Below are positions 1 to 12,299 of a stretch of 64,000 bases of DNA, in pieces. Origin of the DNA: Nageia nagi (lineage: Eukaryota; Plantae; Pinophyta); assembly GCA_050084985.1 (NCBI GenBank), contig JBITNC010000001.1, positions 117,490,001 to 117,554,000 of the forward strand, written 5' to 3'. The position numbers and the translations under genes were made by a program. The notes under the pieces were generated by a model. That model was not told where the DNA came from. It saw only the letters and a program-made list of their open reading frames with translations, and searched no databases. The stretch's first letter is position 1. Every line of letters starts with the position of its first letter.

Positions 1-410
1 CCTTGGATACTTCATTTACAACTCTCAAACATTTCCTTGGAATTTTCTCTTCCAATAAATAATTCTTTTATAGATATAGTTCTCAACCCATTTGACTGTT
101 AATATGAATCAAGGATAATCCTCGAGAATTATTACAACACCCGATCGACTTTGACTAGAAATTTACAAAGTAAGAATATTAAAGATAAGGATCCATATAT
201 ACAATAGCTAGATTATATATACAATAGATAGATCTTAACAACACTTAGAATTCTTTATACTTAAGGCTAATAGAAGACTCAAATTTAATTTGAAAAGGAA
301 GAGAGCTGGAATAGAAAGAATTTTCTGAAAAGAATGAAAGAATAAAAGAATGATAGCATGTTACCCCAACCTAGAGTGCAATTTTGAAAGAATACACTAC
401 TTTTACCTCA
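1..410. mobile_element. Probable LTR fragment truncating the integrase of element A
   Basis: Integrase frame of element A (minus strand ...DWHARILYSLWTYHTNIRNTIGVT) stops abruptly at ~415; non-coding sequence to the left ends in ...ttttacctCA at 410; no partner LTR in the window. Confidence 0.3.
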
Positions 411-3400
411 AAAAATAGAGAAACTAGGGTTACCCCTATAGTATTCCTAATGTTAGTGTGATAGGTCCATAAAGAATATAGGATTCTTGCATGCCAGTCT
501 CTATGAGAATTATTAATTATTTTAAGAAAAATAATCTAAATAATTTTTTTTATAGCCTTAGTTTTTCCATTCCCTTAAAGATAATAGGGATTTAAAAAGC
601 TAATTATATTTTGGTATCCTTTACATAGGGATAGTACTTCCTTATTTTTGAAATTCTTCCCATTTTCTATGATGTTTTGAGCAAGGATTCTAAAATGATA
701 AATGATATGATGTTATAAAAATTCTACTATTTTTGGCCCTTTTGTAGAGATAATAGCAATAAATTCTACCTATTTTGTAGATATTATTATAAATTTATGG
801 CCACATGAGTAAGTAGGAGATATCTAACCTATAAGATCTAATGCCCATGTCAAGAATTGCCATAGAGATAGCATGGGTTGTAATGCTTATGATGGTTGGT
901 TAAACAAATTAGAATGTTGTTGACATTTGAATTATTTTTAACATATTCAATACAATAACATTCAATATTATGCTAATAATATTACATTCACATTAATCAT
1001 TTTGTGATTGTGAGAACACTAAAATATCTTTCACATATTCTATCATGTGCACATAAAATTGCAATTTATGAATCCATCCATTATAGGCATCTAAGTAATA
1101 TCCTATCGAATACCTTATGATAAAGAACATCCCATAACATACAATAACAAGAAGCTTTTAACTTGAATACCTTCTTAGTTTATTTTATTAAATTGATAGG
1201 TAAGACTACATCTCTCAAGAATTTAACTAACTAGATATGCCATAAGTTTTAATCTTCCATTGTAATGTCAAGAACCGCATGTTCCACTCTACCCATATCC
1301 AATTAATATTGGGTGATTTGGATTATTTTAATATGAATGTTTTATTTATTAGGGTTACTAGGTATTAAATATATAATTGAATCCATAGCATTAGTAAACC
1401 TCTTAGTTGATCTTGGTGCCACCTCTAGGTTATATTTTTTGAATGACTGTAATAGTGTATCCACCAACTTTTTGTATTTTTGGAAAAAAGGTGCTTTACA
1501 TTGGAAAATACCTTTAAGATTATTTATAATTAATAATGAATCAATCATAAATTTAACTTTTCTTGACTTTAATTTTACAATGATCTTTATAGATAGTATT
1601 AAGGTTTCATATTTAGTGTTACTATTTGTACATGGAAAATTGAGTTTGAAGGAATATGGTATAGGAATTCCTTAGCATGTTATGAATATGATACCAAAAT
1701 CTCCACTTTTGTTGCATCAAGATCCATCAAAATAAATTATCATAGCCCACTCTTCTTGAAAATCAATGAGAATTTTTATCTCATCCAATTGGAAAACATG
1801 TTCATCTGGTAATTTGATGATGAGCAGTCTATCATTATGTAGTGGTGCTTCAATAAGATAATTATGAATTGACCTTTAATTAATTTTTAATTTATGAATT
1901 ATAGATTTAATTATATTAAATGCATAATCCATTTATATGTTCTTGTATTTTGGTAGATTTTATTTATCATATATTTTAATGGATCTACTTTGGCAATTAC
2001 ATAAATAGTATGATTTAGAATATAATGTCTAGGCTTCTTTATTATGAAAACTACTACTAGATATAGCTTTTACATATACATATACTTAATTTTATAACTA
2101 AGGTTTGATTAAGATAATATATATCTTTCTCTTTATTGTTTTCATTCTTTTGAGCAAGCATGATTTCTAGTGTAGATTTTGTAGCCAACAAATAAAGTAG
2201 GAATGGCTCCCCTTTCCTAGGTGGAACTAAAATCGGAGGTAATAAAAGGTAAAATTTTAATTTATCAAATGCTTATTATTTTTCATTTATCTGGTGAAAT
2301 TTAATCCCTTTTTTTAAAATATTTTTAAATGGTTTGCACTTGTTCGATAATTACAATATGAAATGCCTTATAGCTTATAATTTGCCTTGTAGACTTTGTA
2401 ATTATTTTATGTTTGAAGGGAGAGGCATATTCACTATTGCTTTTATCTTATTTGGGTATACTTTAGATTCCTCTTTTAGAAATAATAAATCTCAATAATT
2501 TTCTTTAAGTTTCCTTGAAAACACATTTCTTAAGGTTTAGTCAAATATTATATTCCAATAATCTATCGAATATCTTCACGAGTATCTTTGGATGATCTTC
2601 TCTAGTTTTATATTTGGCTAATACATCATCTATGTAATCTTCCACAATATCATGCATGTAATGATGAAAAATATATATATCACTACTCATTGGTAAGTAG
2701 CTCTTACATTCTTTGGATCAAAGGGTATTACTTTTTATGACAAAGAGTTCCCTAGGGTGTTATAAAAGTTATCTTATGTTGATCTTCTTGTGCTACTTCT
2801 ATTTTATTATACCCTTTAATATCCATCCATGAGAGAATGAATTTCATGCCTAGTGGTAGAATCAACTCAATTATCAATTTTTGGTAAAGAAAAATCATCT
2901 TAGGGTAATTTTTATTTATATCTCTAAAATTAGTGCATATGCAATTCTTCCCATTAGAGTTTTTAACTAGCACCATATTGGAAATCCAATAAAATTAATC
3001 AATGTGGTGTATGAATTTTGCTTCTAAGATTTTTTTTACTTATTATTTTAACATTAAGACTATTGTGGGATGTATATTGTGTAAATTTTGTTTAATTGGC
3101 TTAGGATCCTCCTTAATACCTATATTGTGCACCACCAAGTTTGAATTTGATCTTGGCATATCAACATATGACCATGCAAATATATTTTATTTTTCTTTAA
3201 GTATAGATACAAATTCCAATATCTCATCCTTATTTAGTGATTTTACTAATTAAATAATATTTGAGTTATTAGGGTCATCAATTAAATATACCTCAAAAAT
3301 TTCTTCAATTGGGTCATTTACCAAGGCCCTTGTTCATAATGACCTAATCCTTATCCCTTCCATTGACATCTATTAAAATATCTTTAGATAAATGATTTAA

Positions 3401-6300
3401 CATAAGGCAATAAGTACTATAATGAATTTCAAAATACTACCTCATGTGGTTTAGGTAAATGAATCAAAGGTGGTACTATAGGGCTTGAATAGATGAAAAG
3501 AGTTTGATTAGGAGCTCTTCCTAATGATACCAATTTCCCCACTATACTAGGAGATCCCTTAGGTCATCCAATATATTGGGAAGAGGGAATAATAAAGATC
3601 ACATCATCAATTCCATATTCTCTTATATCTAAATCCAAAAATTTTATTATTACTGGGTAAATGTTTAATAGTTTATCATCTTATTTATAGTTATCACTTT
3701 TTAATGATGTATTAATTGGAGATAGATTTTTTATGAAGAAGCTTTGCTCAATTCATCTAACTTACATGCTTTTTCTTAATAAAAGTATATTTTTTATGGT
3801 GTGGGTTCTTTTTTTGGTTGTGAATCATTGACCTTTTATTGATTATTGGATGATTCTTGATTGATAACATGTTTTTCTTTTAAAGTACTTAAGGATGTAC
3901 AATTATTCTTACCCACATCAAGGATCAATGGTATTTTTATTGGCATTGGTGTTTTAAAGTAATGAGTAGATGCTAGGGCTGCATCATTATATAAATGAGT
4001 ATTATTAAAATGTGAATACAGGTTTTCATATCAAAGAACATAATGTATTACACCATTATGAATATACTTTAAACAATTATTGTATGTTGATGTGATACAT
4101 TGCATACCCCTAATCCAAGGCCTCCATAAAATAATATTATATTGCGTAATATATCCTTCAATTACTTGTAATAGTGTTTGTAATATTTTATACCCTATAG
4201 TAAGGGGTAGTGAGATTGATCCCATTATTGAACATAAAACATCATTAAACACATTTAGTTGTAGTGATGGTGAACAAATATGTGAAAAAGTAAGGTTCAC
4301 ATTCTTATATGATTCATTGAAATAATATTTATATTTGAACCTTCGTCAATTAAGATTCTCTTAAAAGTCCTTCCATCTACCTTAGTTATGATATGCAAAG
4401 GTGGAACTAAACCATATGATGCATTCGAATGTTTAACTTCATGATCATAGAAAACAATAGTATGTTTTTGTATTATTCTATTGTTTCTTACAAAAGACAT
4501 AAAGCTTTCAAGATAATTTATATCTAGTTCAATTGCTTGTATTAATTGATTCATTGCATCTCTATGGTTATTAGATTGTTGTAATAATTCAAATAAAGGC
4601 ATTTTTACTTGTGAATTTTTTAATTGTTGATGTAAAGCTCCCTTCACATAAAATTTAGGAGGTTGTTTCTTAGGTATGTGTGGTTACACATAAACCTCAT
4701 CTTGTTGGTTGTTTGGCATGGTATTTTATTTTCTTTGTACCTTTTGAGCTCTTCTAATAACATTGATAATTCCTATGAAAGATGAATTATCATAACTCTA
4801 TTTATGTGTTTTTTAGTTCTCAAGTGGGTGCAATGAGATATTATTAGCTTGATGTTGAGGGAGAGGATTTTGATAGATTCCTAAGTTTTGGTTTGGGATA
4901 GCCACAAGATTATCAACTTCTAATTTACCGTTATCAATCAAATCTTGAATCTTATTTTTTAATGTCCTAATTTATCTGTATCATGACCCTTTTTATGATG
5001 GTAAGGGGAAATTTCATTTTCATTATACCATATACTTTATTTATCTTTAGGGTATTTTTATCTTATATCTGGTAAAATAATTATTTGATGATCACATAAT
5101 TTCTTTAGAATATCACAGAGCAAGTTTGAAAAAGGTGTGAACTTTTTTTTGGGTCTAAAATCATTTTCCTCATTTTGTGGAGGATAAGGTTCCACCTCTT
5201 TAACAATAGAAACTTTATTGGTTGGTAATATTTTATCTATTTGTTCTATTTGAATTTTATTTTTTACATAAGATTTCCTTTCCTTAGTTTTTATCTCACC
5301 ATCTTGGATTTTATTTTTTTAATTATGACAATGTGAGAAATGGCTTTTTCAAAGGTTTTATGTTGTTGGATTCATAAGGAAGTAGCAATAGGTCTTAAAT
5401 AGCTTTGGCTAAATATCTTAACTAACTCCTCTTAAGGTAGAGTATAAGGCATGCTTTTCAATATTACTCTCCATCTTAAGATAAAATCATTGATTGATTC
5501 ATCTAGAAATTATTGTAATCTTGTAAGATCAATGATAGATGTTTTATCTTTGATATTGATCCTAAAATGTTCCAAGAATAAATTTTCTAATTGAGGATAT
5601 GAACTAATGCTATATTTTGTTAAGTTGTTGTACTAATCCATTACTTTTCCAAAAGGCATCATGAGAAAGATATGTAGCATTAATGCATCATCATTAGCAA
5701 TTACATAACTTGAATATTTGAATCATAGTATATGTTCTTTATGATCTTGTTTTCCTTTAAATGGTTCAATTTTTAAAATTTCAAATTTGAAAGGAATATC
5801 CTTTTTGGGGACACTAGGATGAATGGGTTTGTTACAAATTATTTCATATGATACCTTTTTCTTACCCTACATACATAATTCTCTTCTAGTCCCCTTTAAC
5901 CTTTTACAAAAGTCACCCTTTTATTCTGGTTGATTTTGAAGGTACATAGGATATTTTTCATTCCTAGGATATAATCCTTATTCATAATTTGGGAATAATT
6001 CATACATTTATTTTGAAGGTATCTTAACATCATAATAGACTTCATTGTGTAGTGGAGAGAGGTGGAGGTTCATGCGATGGTCATGGGGATAATTATGGTC
6101 TAGAAGGGTAATATGGTTGTCCTGTATCTTTCTATGGAGGAAAATGATATTTGTGAAGTTCATTTTATCAATTTCTAAGTGAAACTTCTTTTTTTTGGAT
6201 CGATAAGGATCTTGGTATCTATACTCTCCATGACTAAGTGGTGATAAAGATCATGCTTTGAGTCATCCTTTTCTATCTTTACCTAACATTTGGTCATGTA
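411..6300 (-). pseudogene. gag-pol pseudogene of element A
   Basis: Ordered domain remnants broken by many stops and frameshifts; ORF-track fragments 1342-1548, 2752-2976, 4031-4300, 4297-4647. Confidence 0.85.
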
Positions 6301-6999
6301 TGTATTAGTTTTGGACATTTTGCTTATTATGGTACATTTTTGGTGTTTTATTTTGATGTAAGTTGAACATTGGTTGTGCTTGTAACTATTGTTGTTCAAT
6401 AAACCTTATAGGTATTTCATTTTATTGCATCCCTTGATCATAAAGAGATACCCCTAGTTGTTATTATTGTTATATATTATTTTGAGGTACATACTCTTTC
6501 CTATGTGCATAGGGGGGTATTTCTTGCAATTTGAACTTTATTGGATCATGCTTATCCTTTACATCACACTCTTGTTTAGGTGTCTATAAATTGACAAAGG
6601 AGTTGGCATTTTTAACTTTAAAACATGAAAAGGATTATTGTATACTTTTTCCTAACTTTATTTATACCATAAATAGGAAACCCTAATTACATGGTATCAA
6701 AATTTGACTAAGTCTAAAAATAGCCAACTCATAAAAATGACTAAGTCTAGAAAATAAAAACTCAAAACATTTATCTAACTATGGAAATTAAGGGGAAAAA
6801 AATTTCTAATGCCCTAAATTGATTTTACAATGATAATAACAAAAATAAAATAACACAACTCTTTCTTTCAATTTATCATTGAATAAGGAGGAAATAAGGC
6901 AATCATATTTGCAACTTTTGCCTTGATATATCCTCCTAAAAATCTACACACCATGTCATATCCTTCCAATAAATCCTAGTACTGATAAATCATTTTCAT

Positions 7000-8450
7000 C
7001 AACATCCATTTCTTGATTCTTTGTTGTGTCACTTTAACCTATGGAATTCAGGAGAGATAGTGATCATACAACTCAATGGTCATATCCTTTATATCTTTGG
7101 ATTTTACTTTTTCTCCAAGAGCTCTTTCAAACTCCATCGAACTTCATCATCGTTTCTCCAATGACTTGACTTACCTAGAGTTGAAATATTAATCAAATCA
7201 ATGATATCCTAATTTTCCTTATACACTTCATTAGATTTGTCTTTAAAGGATTTTCCATCATATTGATCTATGGATCCTTTTTTTATGTTAGTTTAGTCAT
7301 ATTATCAGTTCCTTTATTAATAATGTAAGCATTTGAATAGATCCCTAATGGTCCAATGCCATATTCTATAGTGCTAACATTTGCATGCCTCTTATCTTTC
7401 AGCTTTCTAGCATTGATTGTAAAACTACTCATGCATAGGGTCTCTTTTCCAATCTTGACTACACTTTCTAATCTCCTAGGGATCGATGTAACTTCTTTTG
7501 TAGTATCCATGTTCTGTTCTCTTTCAATTCCTTAATAATTGCATACTTCCACTCATCAATTCTCATTTGGATATGATTCCATTCCTTCACCTTATGAAAT
7601 TTTGGATATACCACAAAGATTGTAGCCTTTTTATTGAAAATGACCTTTTTGATATCATGGGCTCAAGGTCTAATTTTACCCTTCAATAATAAGAATACAA
7701 GATAATACATGTAGAAAAATGTATTAGTCTTCTTCACTTCTCTTGAAAGATTTATCATTCCATCGTTGATGACCTAAATCCATCAAATAATCTCTTCTTT
7801 ATTTACCACATAAATGAAATTGAACAAGTCTTATCAAATCTAATATCTATGGACTTCTCCAAAATCCTACATAGAAAACTGATGGCTTTGTTTGTGGTAT
7901 TGATATAAACATCTTTGTGCTTTCATTACAGCCTGATGGGTCATACCATGATTTTCTATTTTCAACAAGGAAATGATGAAATCATTAGATTTATGTTTAT
8001 TTGTACTCTTCAAACTTCTTATTTGCATCCTCTTGAGTAAATATAATGCCCTAATTCAACCAATCCATTACTTTTTCAATGCCTTACTTGGTCAAATCTA
8101 TAATGATATTTCTCTCTTCATCTATAATGACTCTGTTAGCAAAGTTAGTATATTTTTCCACTGCTAACACTAACTTAGGGAAATTCACTAAAAAAGGTAT
8201 AACTACAATTGTAAAAAGTCCATAAGAATGAAGTATGTCTTTTTCTTTAAATTCTTATAGAATTTTGTTTGCTTCCCTCAACATGAAAGTAGGGTCAGAG
8301 TGATTCCATTTTAGATCTCTGATATTTTCAAGTCTATCATAATATTGGGCTATTTTTTTGACTCATTCATATTTCTTCACTTCCACAAAATTTCTCTTCA
8401 TCAATCAGGTATAGCTACCCTCATTCTTCTTTTCCTTGATCATCCTACAA
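7000..8450 (-). pseudogene. Degenerate extra ORF upstream of gag in element A (function unknown)
   Basis: Protein-like minus-strand frames AQYYDRLENIRDLKWNHSDPTF..., FP*LVLAVE..YTNFANRVIIDEERNIIIDLTK, AISFLCRILEK...EVKKTNTFFYMYYLVFLLLK; same orientation as gag. Confidence 0.55.
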
Positions 8451-10312
8451 AATGATAAAAATTTGCCTTAGCCATCATTTTAAGATAAAAATGACATCAT
8501 AAATTTATCAAAAAATTTATTTTCTCAAATTCAAGTATTTTTCCTTAAGTTGCATCTAAGTAAAAAGCTAATTCAAAGTTGTCAAATAAATTCATTACTT
8601 GCTTCGAAGTTAGTATCAAACTACATGCAATAACTATTTAACCTTAGTCGTTTTAACATTAAGATCAATTTCCATGCCTTTGATAGGTATATATTGGTCA
8701 ATTCTACTTTGAAGTTCAAAATGATGTGATAATAGCAAAACAGTTAGTCACTTTATGTAATGTATTAACTCAATGAGATAAAGAGTCAACACATAGTCAC
8801 TTGAAATATTTAAACTAATACAACAAGTAATTTAGGACTTAGAAGCTTCAATTTCAACTTCAAATGTGACTTGAAAAGAGTTTTACTTAGTCATTTTAAA
8901 TTTCATGTTAACCTTCATGTGATAAATAAATATCATAGTCACTTTAATTAGAACAATAATATCAATGTGAAAGGGAAAAGGATCTTGATTTGGCATTGAG
9001 TCCTTAGGTGGTATGACCAAGTAAAGATCTATGTCATGCTTAGTAGCCCTCCTAGTTAATGTGATAATAGAATATGCCTCAATCACACCCTTGTTGACAC
9101 ATAGGTCATTACATCAAATAAAAATACTTCAATCATGCTGACTTAATAAAGAAAATGGTACAAAAACTAAAATCCCTTAGTCACATCCAAGTAGATGACA
9201 AATCCAATGCAATTGAGGAAAATAAGAATATATTCAAATTTTATTAATTTTTTCTCTAATTTTAGAAATAAAGGTGCTTTTGGCTTTAGAACTTTGATGA
9301 AAATTGACTTCCATTTTTTTAGTGTATAGAATTAGCTCTTAGCTTCAAAAATAAGGTTTTGAAACTTTTCATTCAATGGTTGAGTAGGATCGAGTTTCAC
9401 TCATGTTGAGGGTAGGCACTTGTAATCAAATTTAGAGGATGGTATTCAATAGTTTCCTAGAAACTAACTTCCATGTAAATGTACAAAATATGTGCTTGCC
9501 TCTAAGGTGAAAGATACTACCCAACGGTCTAGACTCTTTTTGTGATGAAAAAGAGGTGATCTTGATAAATTATTATTTTTGGATTTTGGATTATTTAATT
9601 TTTATGTGTTTTGGCTTATTCAATTCCTAGATACATAACTTTGAGGAAAAAGTGCAAAAAATTATTGATCAAAAATTGAGTGGTAATACCATCTTTCATC
9701 ATCTCTAATTATTGGAGTAGGTAAGGATGTTTAGACATATTCCCTATATATGGAGGGATCAATTTATTCATCATCTTTTCATAATGTTATTTTAATATCC
9801 ATTTTATGCATATCTTATAATCCTAATTTTGTAAATTTACTCTATGATTTAAGGATAAGAAAGTTAGAGTTGGTCTCTATGACATTTTTTATGGAATATA
9901 TATAATTCTATATGGATAAATTTTAATGTGATGTTAGTTCCAATTTTTTATTGCTCTTATTCTTATAAACATATGTTTCAAGATTGTATTTATTAAAAAT
10001 AACATACAAATTTTAATAAAAATTCTTTTTATCTAAAATAATGGGCATCATGCATTAAGGGATTATTGTATTATTATTTTAGATGGAATAATTTTTTATT
10101 CATAAGTTATTTCATTATAATAATTATTGTAAATAAATCACTTTCTATTTATGGAATATTAAACCATTGTGTATACATGTTACATTGCTTGATTACTATA
10201 TTTTTTTCACTATTAGAATATACTAATTTGTATTGGAGAATAGTTATATTATTATCATGGTTAATATTATTTTTATTTTGTTCCTTTCATGGAGGACAAT
10301 TCTTTCATACTC

Positions 10313-10390
10313 CAAATTGAAAGTATGCTTATATTAACTCAATTCTAATATCTTTTGTAATTGAGTTATAATAAGCATACTTTAGATTTG
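10313..10390. repeat. Inverted repeat/hairpin, 32-bp arms, 14-nt loop
   Basis: caaattgaaagtatgcttatattaactcaatt (10313-10344) versus reverse complement of 10359-10390 caaatctaaagtatgcttattataactcaatt. Confidence 0.85.
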
Positions 10391-10734
10391 AACATAACAA
10401 AATATTGAAATATAATTATATTTCTAAAAAATTTATGAACTAATTGACCTAGGAGTGATCAGACCAAGCACTTCACCTTATGGTTCTCCAGTAATATTAG
10501 TTTTAAAGAAGGATGGATCCTAGAGGATATTGATTGACTACCAAGCATTAAAAAAAATCATTATTAAGAATTGATACCCATTTCCAATCATTAATGATCT
10601 CTTAGAATAGCTAAGAGAGGGTAAATTCTTCATCAAAATATATTTTAGGAGTGGATATCATCAATTTTACATCTAGAAGGAATACATGTGGAAGATTGAT
10701 ATCAATACAAGAGACGGTTTTTTTTAATAGCATT

Positions 10735-11460
10735 TATTGTACTTGAAATAATAATAATTAGTGTTATTTACAAAATATTCAATTTAATAATTTATCATGA
10801 AATAATAGGAAACTAATGACATGAAACATGATAATGACCTAATTGACCTTAACCTATCAAAATTGGATTTACAAAAGATACAAACTTATACTTTACTTGT
10901 GATGATGATTACAAGCGATATCTAATTGAAAGAGGATGAATGATGAGTTTCTCTAATATATGAAACCATGAATCTGACCTCAACCCAATGCTGATATTAG
11001 AAACCCAATGACATCACATAGTTATCATTCCAAAATACATTTCCCTTTCACATGATGTTGTCATCCCACCTTTGATGTATAAAATCTTGCTTGTGAATGG
11101 ATGAAAGATCATAGGAATGCAGACATAAGAGTATAAAAATATCCAAAAATGATAAGTGGCATTAAGAAACATAAGTCAATAATGACACAAGTATATTAAC
11201 ACATATCAAGGATTTGGGATTATGCATTTCATATCATATATTTGATCATGCACAACCCCTTCACCTTTATAAGCAATAGGTATAGTGTTAAGGCTCCTCC
11301 TTAGGCTTATTATGATCTTGAGTTGACTTGTTACCATAAAACATAAAGATAGATGAGAGTGCACATAGAAAATAGAATTTATTTAATAAATTAAATAAAT
11401 TATTTTGAATACCTAAAAGGATATTTTAATTAAATTAAAATTCCTTTTTAGGTGTTAAAA
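10735..11460 (-). repeat. 3' LTR of element B
   Basis: Direct repeat of 18684-19409; roughly 85% identical by eye over the first ~200 bp. Confidence 0.9.
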
Positions 11461-12299
11461 TATGCCCACTTTGAATATATTTTGATGCTTTTGGGATAAA
11501 ATATAATCAAAGCATAAATTCAATATATAACAAGAAAAGTAAGAAAGTACTTGAAAATTTGTCTCACAAAAGTAGCTTTGGATTCCCTAATTTTTCACCT
11601 ATATTATTTCCCCTCTTTGACTTGGTTGTGACATGATGGACCTCTTATCATAGGAGTAATCCAAGAAAAAGAAAAAGAACCTGAGAAGAGTTTAGATAAG
11701 AAATATTTTTTGCATATGCTATCTCAAATATAAACATTAAACATAATGATAAAGAAAGTGTATAAGTGATAAGAAAGAAAACCTATCCTTGGTGAATGAG
11801 TCACCAATATTTTTGAGGATGAATAACCAATTTAAACTAATCAACTTTGTTTCCCAAGCCACCATTTTGCCATGAATTTTTTATATGAATGTCCCCTCCT
11901 TACAAAGGTGCCAAATGATAATATTGACCCATACTTACAAAGGAATCAAATGGTAAGAGTGACCAACTTGGTTTCCCAATCCACCATGTTTCCATGGATT
12001 TTCTGATAAGAGTGCCTCTTCCCTACAAAAGTGAAAAATGATATGAAAAATCATATTGATATGTTTTGATAATCATTATTTGTGATGAGATTTTACTAAA
12101 ATGGAATGAGAGTAAATAAATGAACTACATTTTCCATTGTTTTATCATGAGTATGTAGAAATAAGTTAAATTTGAACCTTTTTCATTCTTTAAACCCAAT
12201 AGCATCACCAAGAACATAGCAACATCATTGGATTATTACCTTTTTTTTTGAAATGTTAGGATAAAAAGATGAAGAAATCCACATTTTTACAAAAAGGAT

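Larger units (their letters stand above)
411..9600 (-). mobile_element. Element A: degenerate Ty3/Gypsy Tat/Ogre-type LTR retrotransposon (extra ORF-gag-PR-RT-RH-aRH-INT)
   Basis: Minus-strand translations: gag knuckle PYHHKKGHDTDK..KIQDLIDNGKL (~4920-5030); protease RILIDEGSNINII (4297-4647); RT (2400-3250, CTNFRDINK, QEDQHKITFITP); additional RNase H IYFDGS (~1340-1745); integrase LQPMLSLWQFLTWALDLIG (~830-890); possible LTR/PBS junction at ~9404. Confidence 0.85.

Noticed and set aside
10066-10320. Hydrophobic ORFs resembling membrane or envelope proteins (also 7973-8167, 35735-35923, 45716-45922)
   Set aside because: I/F/L/Y-rich translations are expected from AT-rich DNA; no motif support
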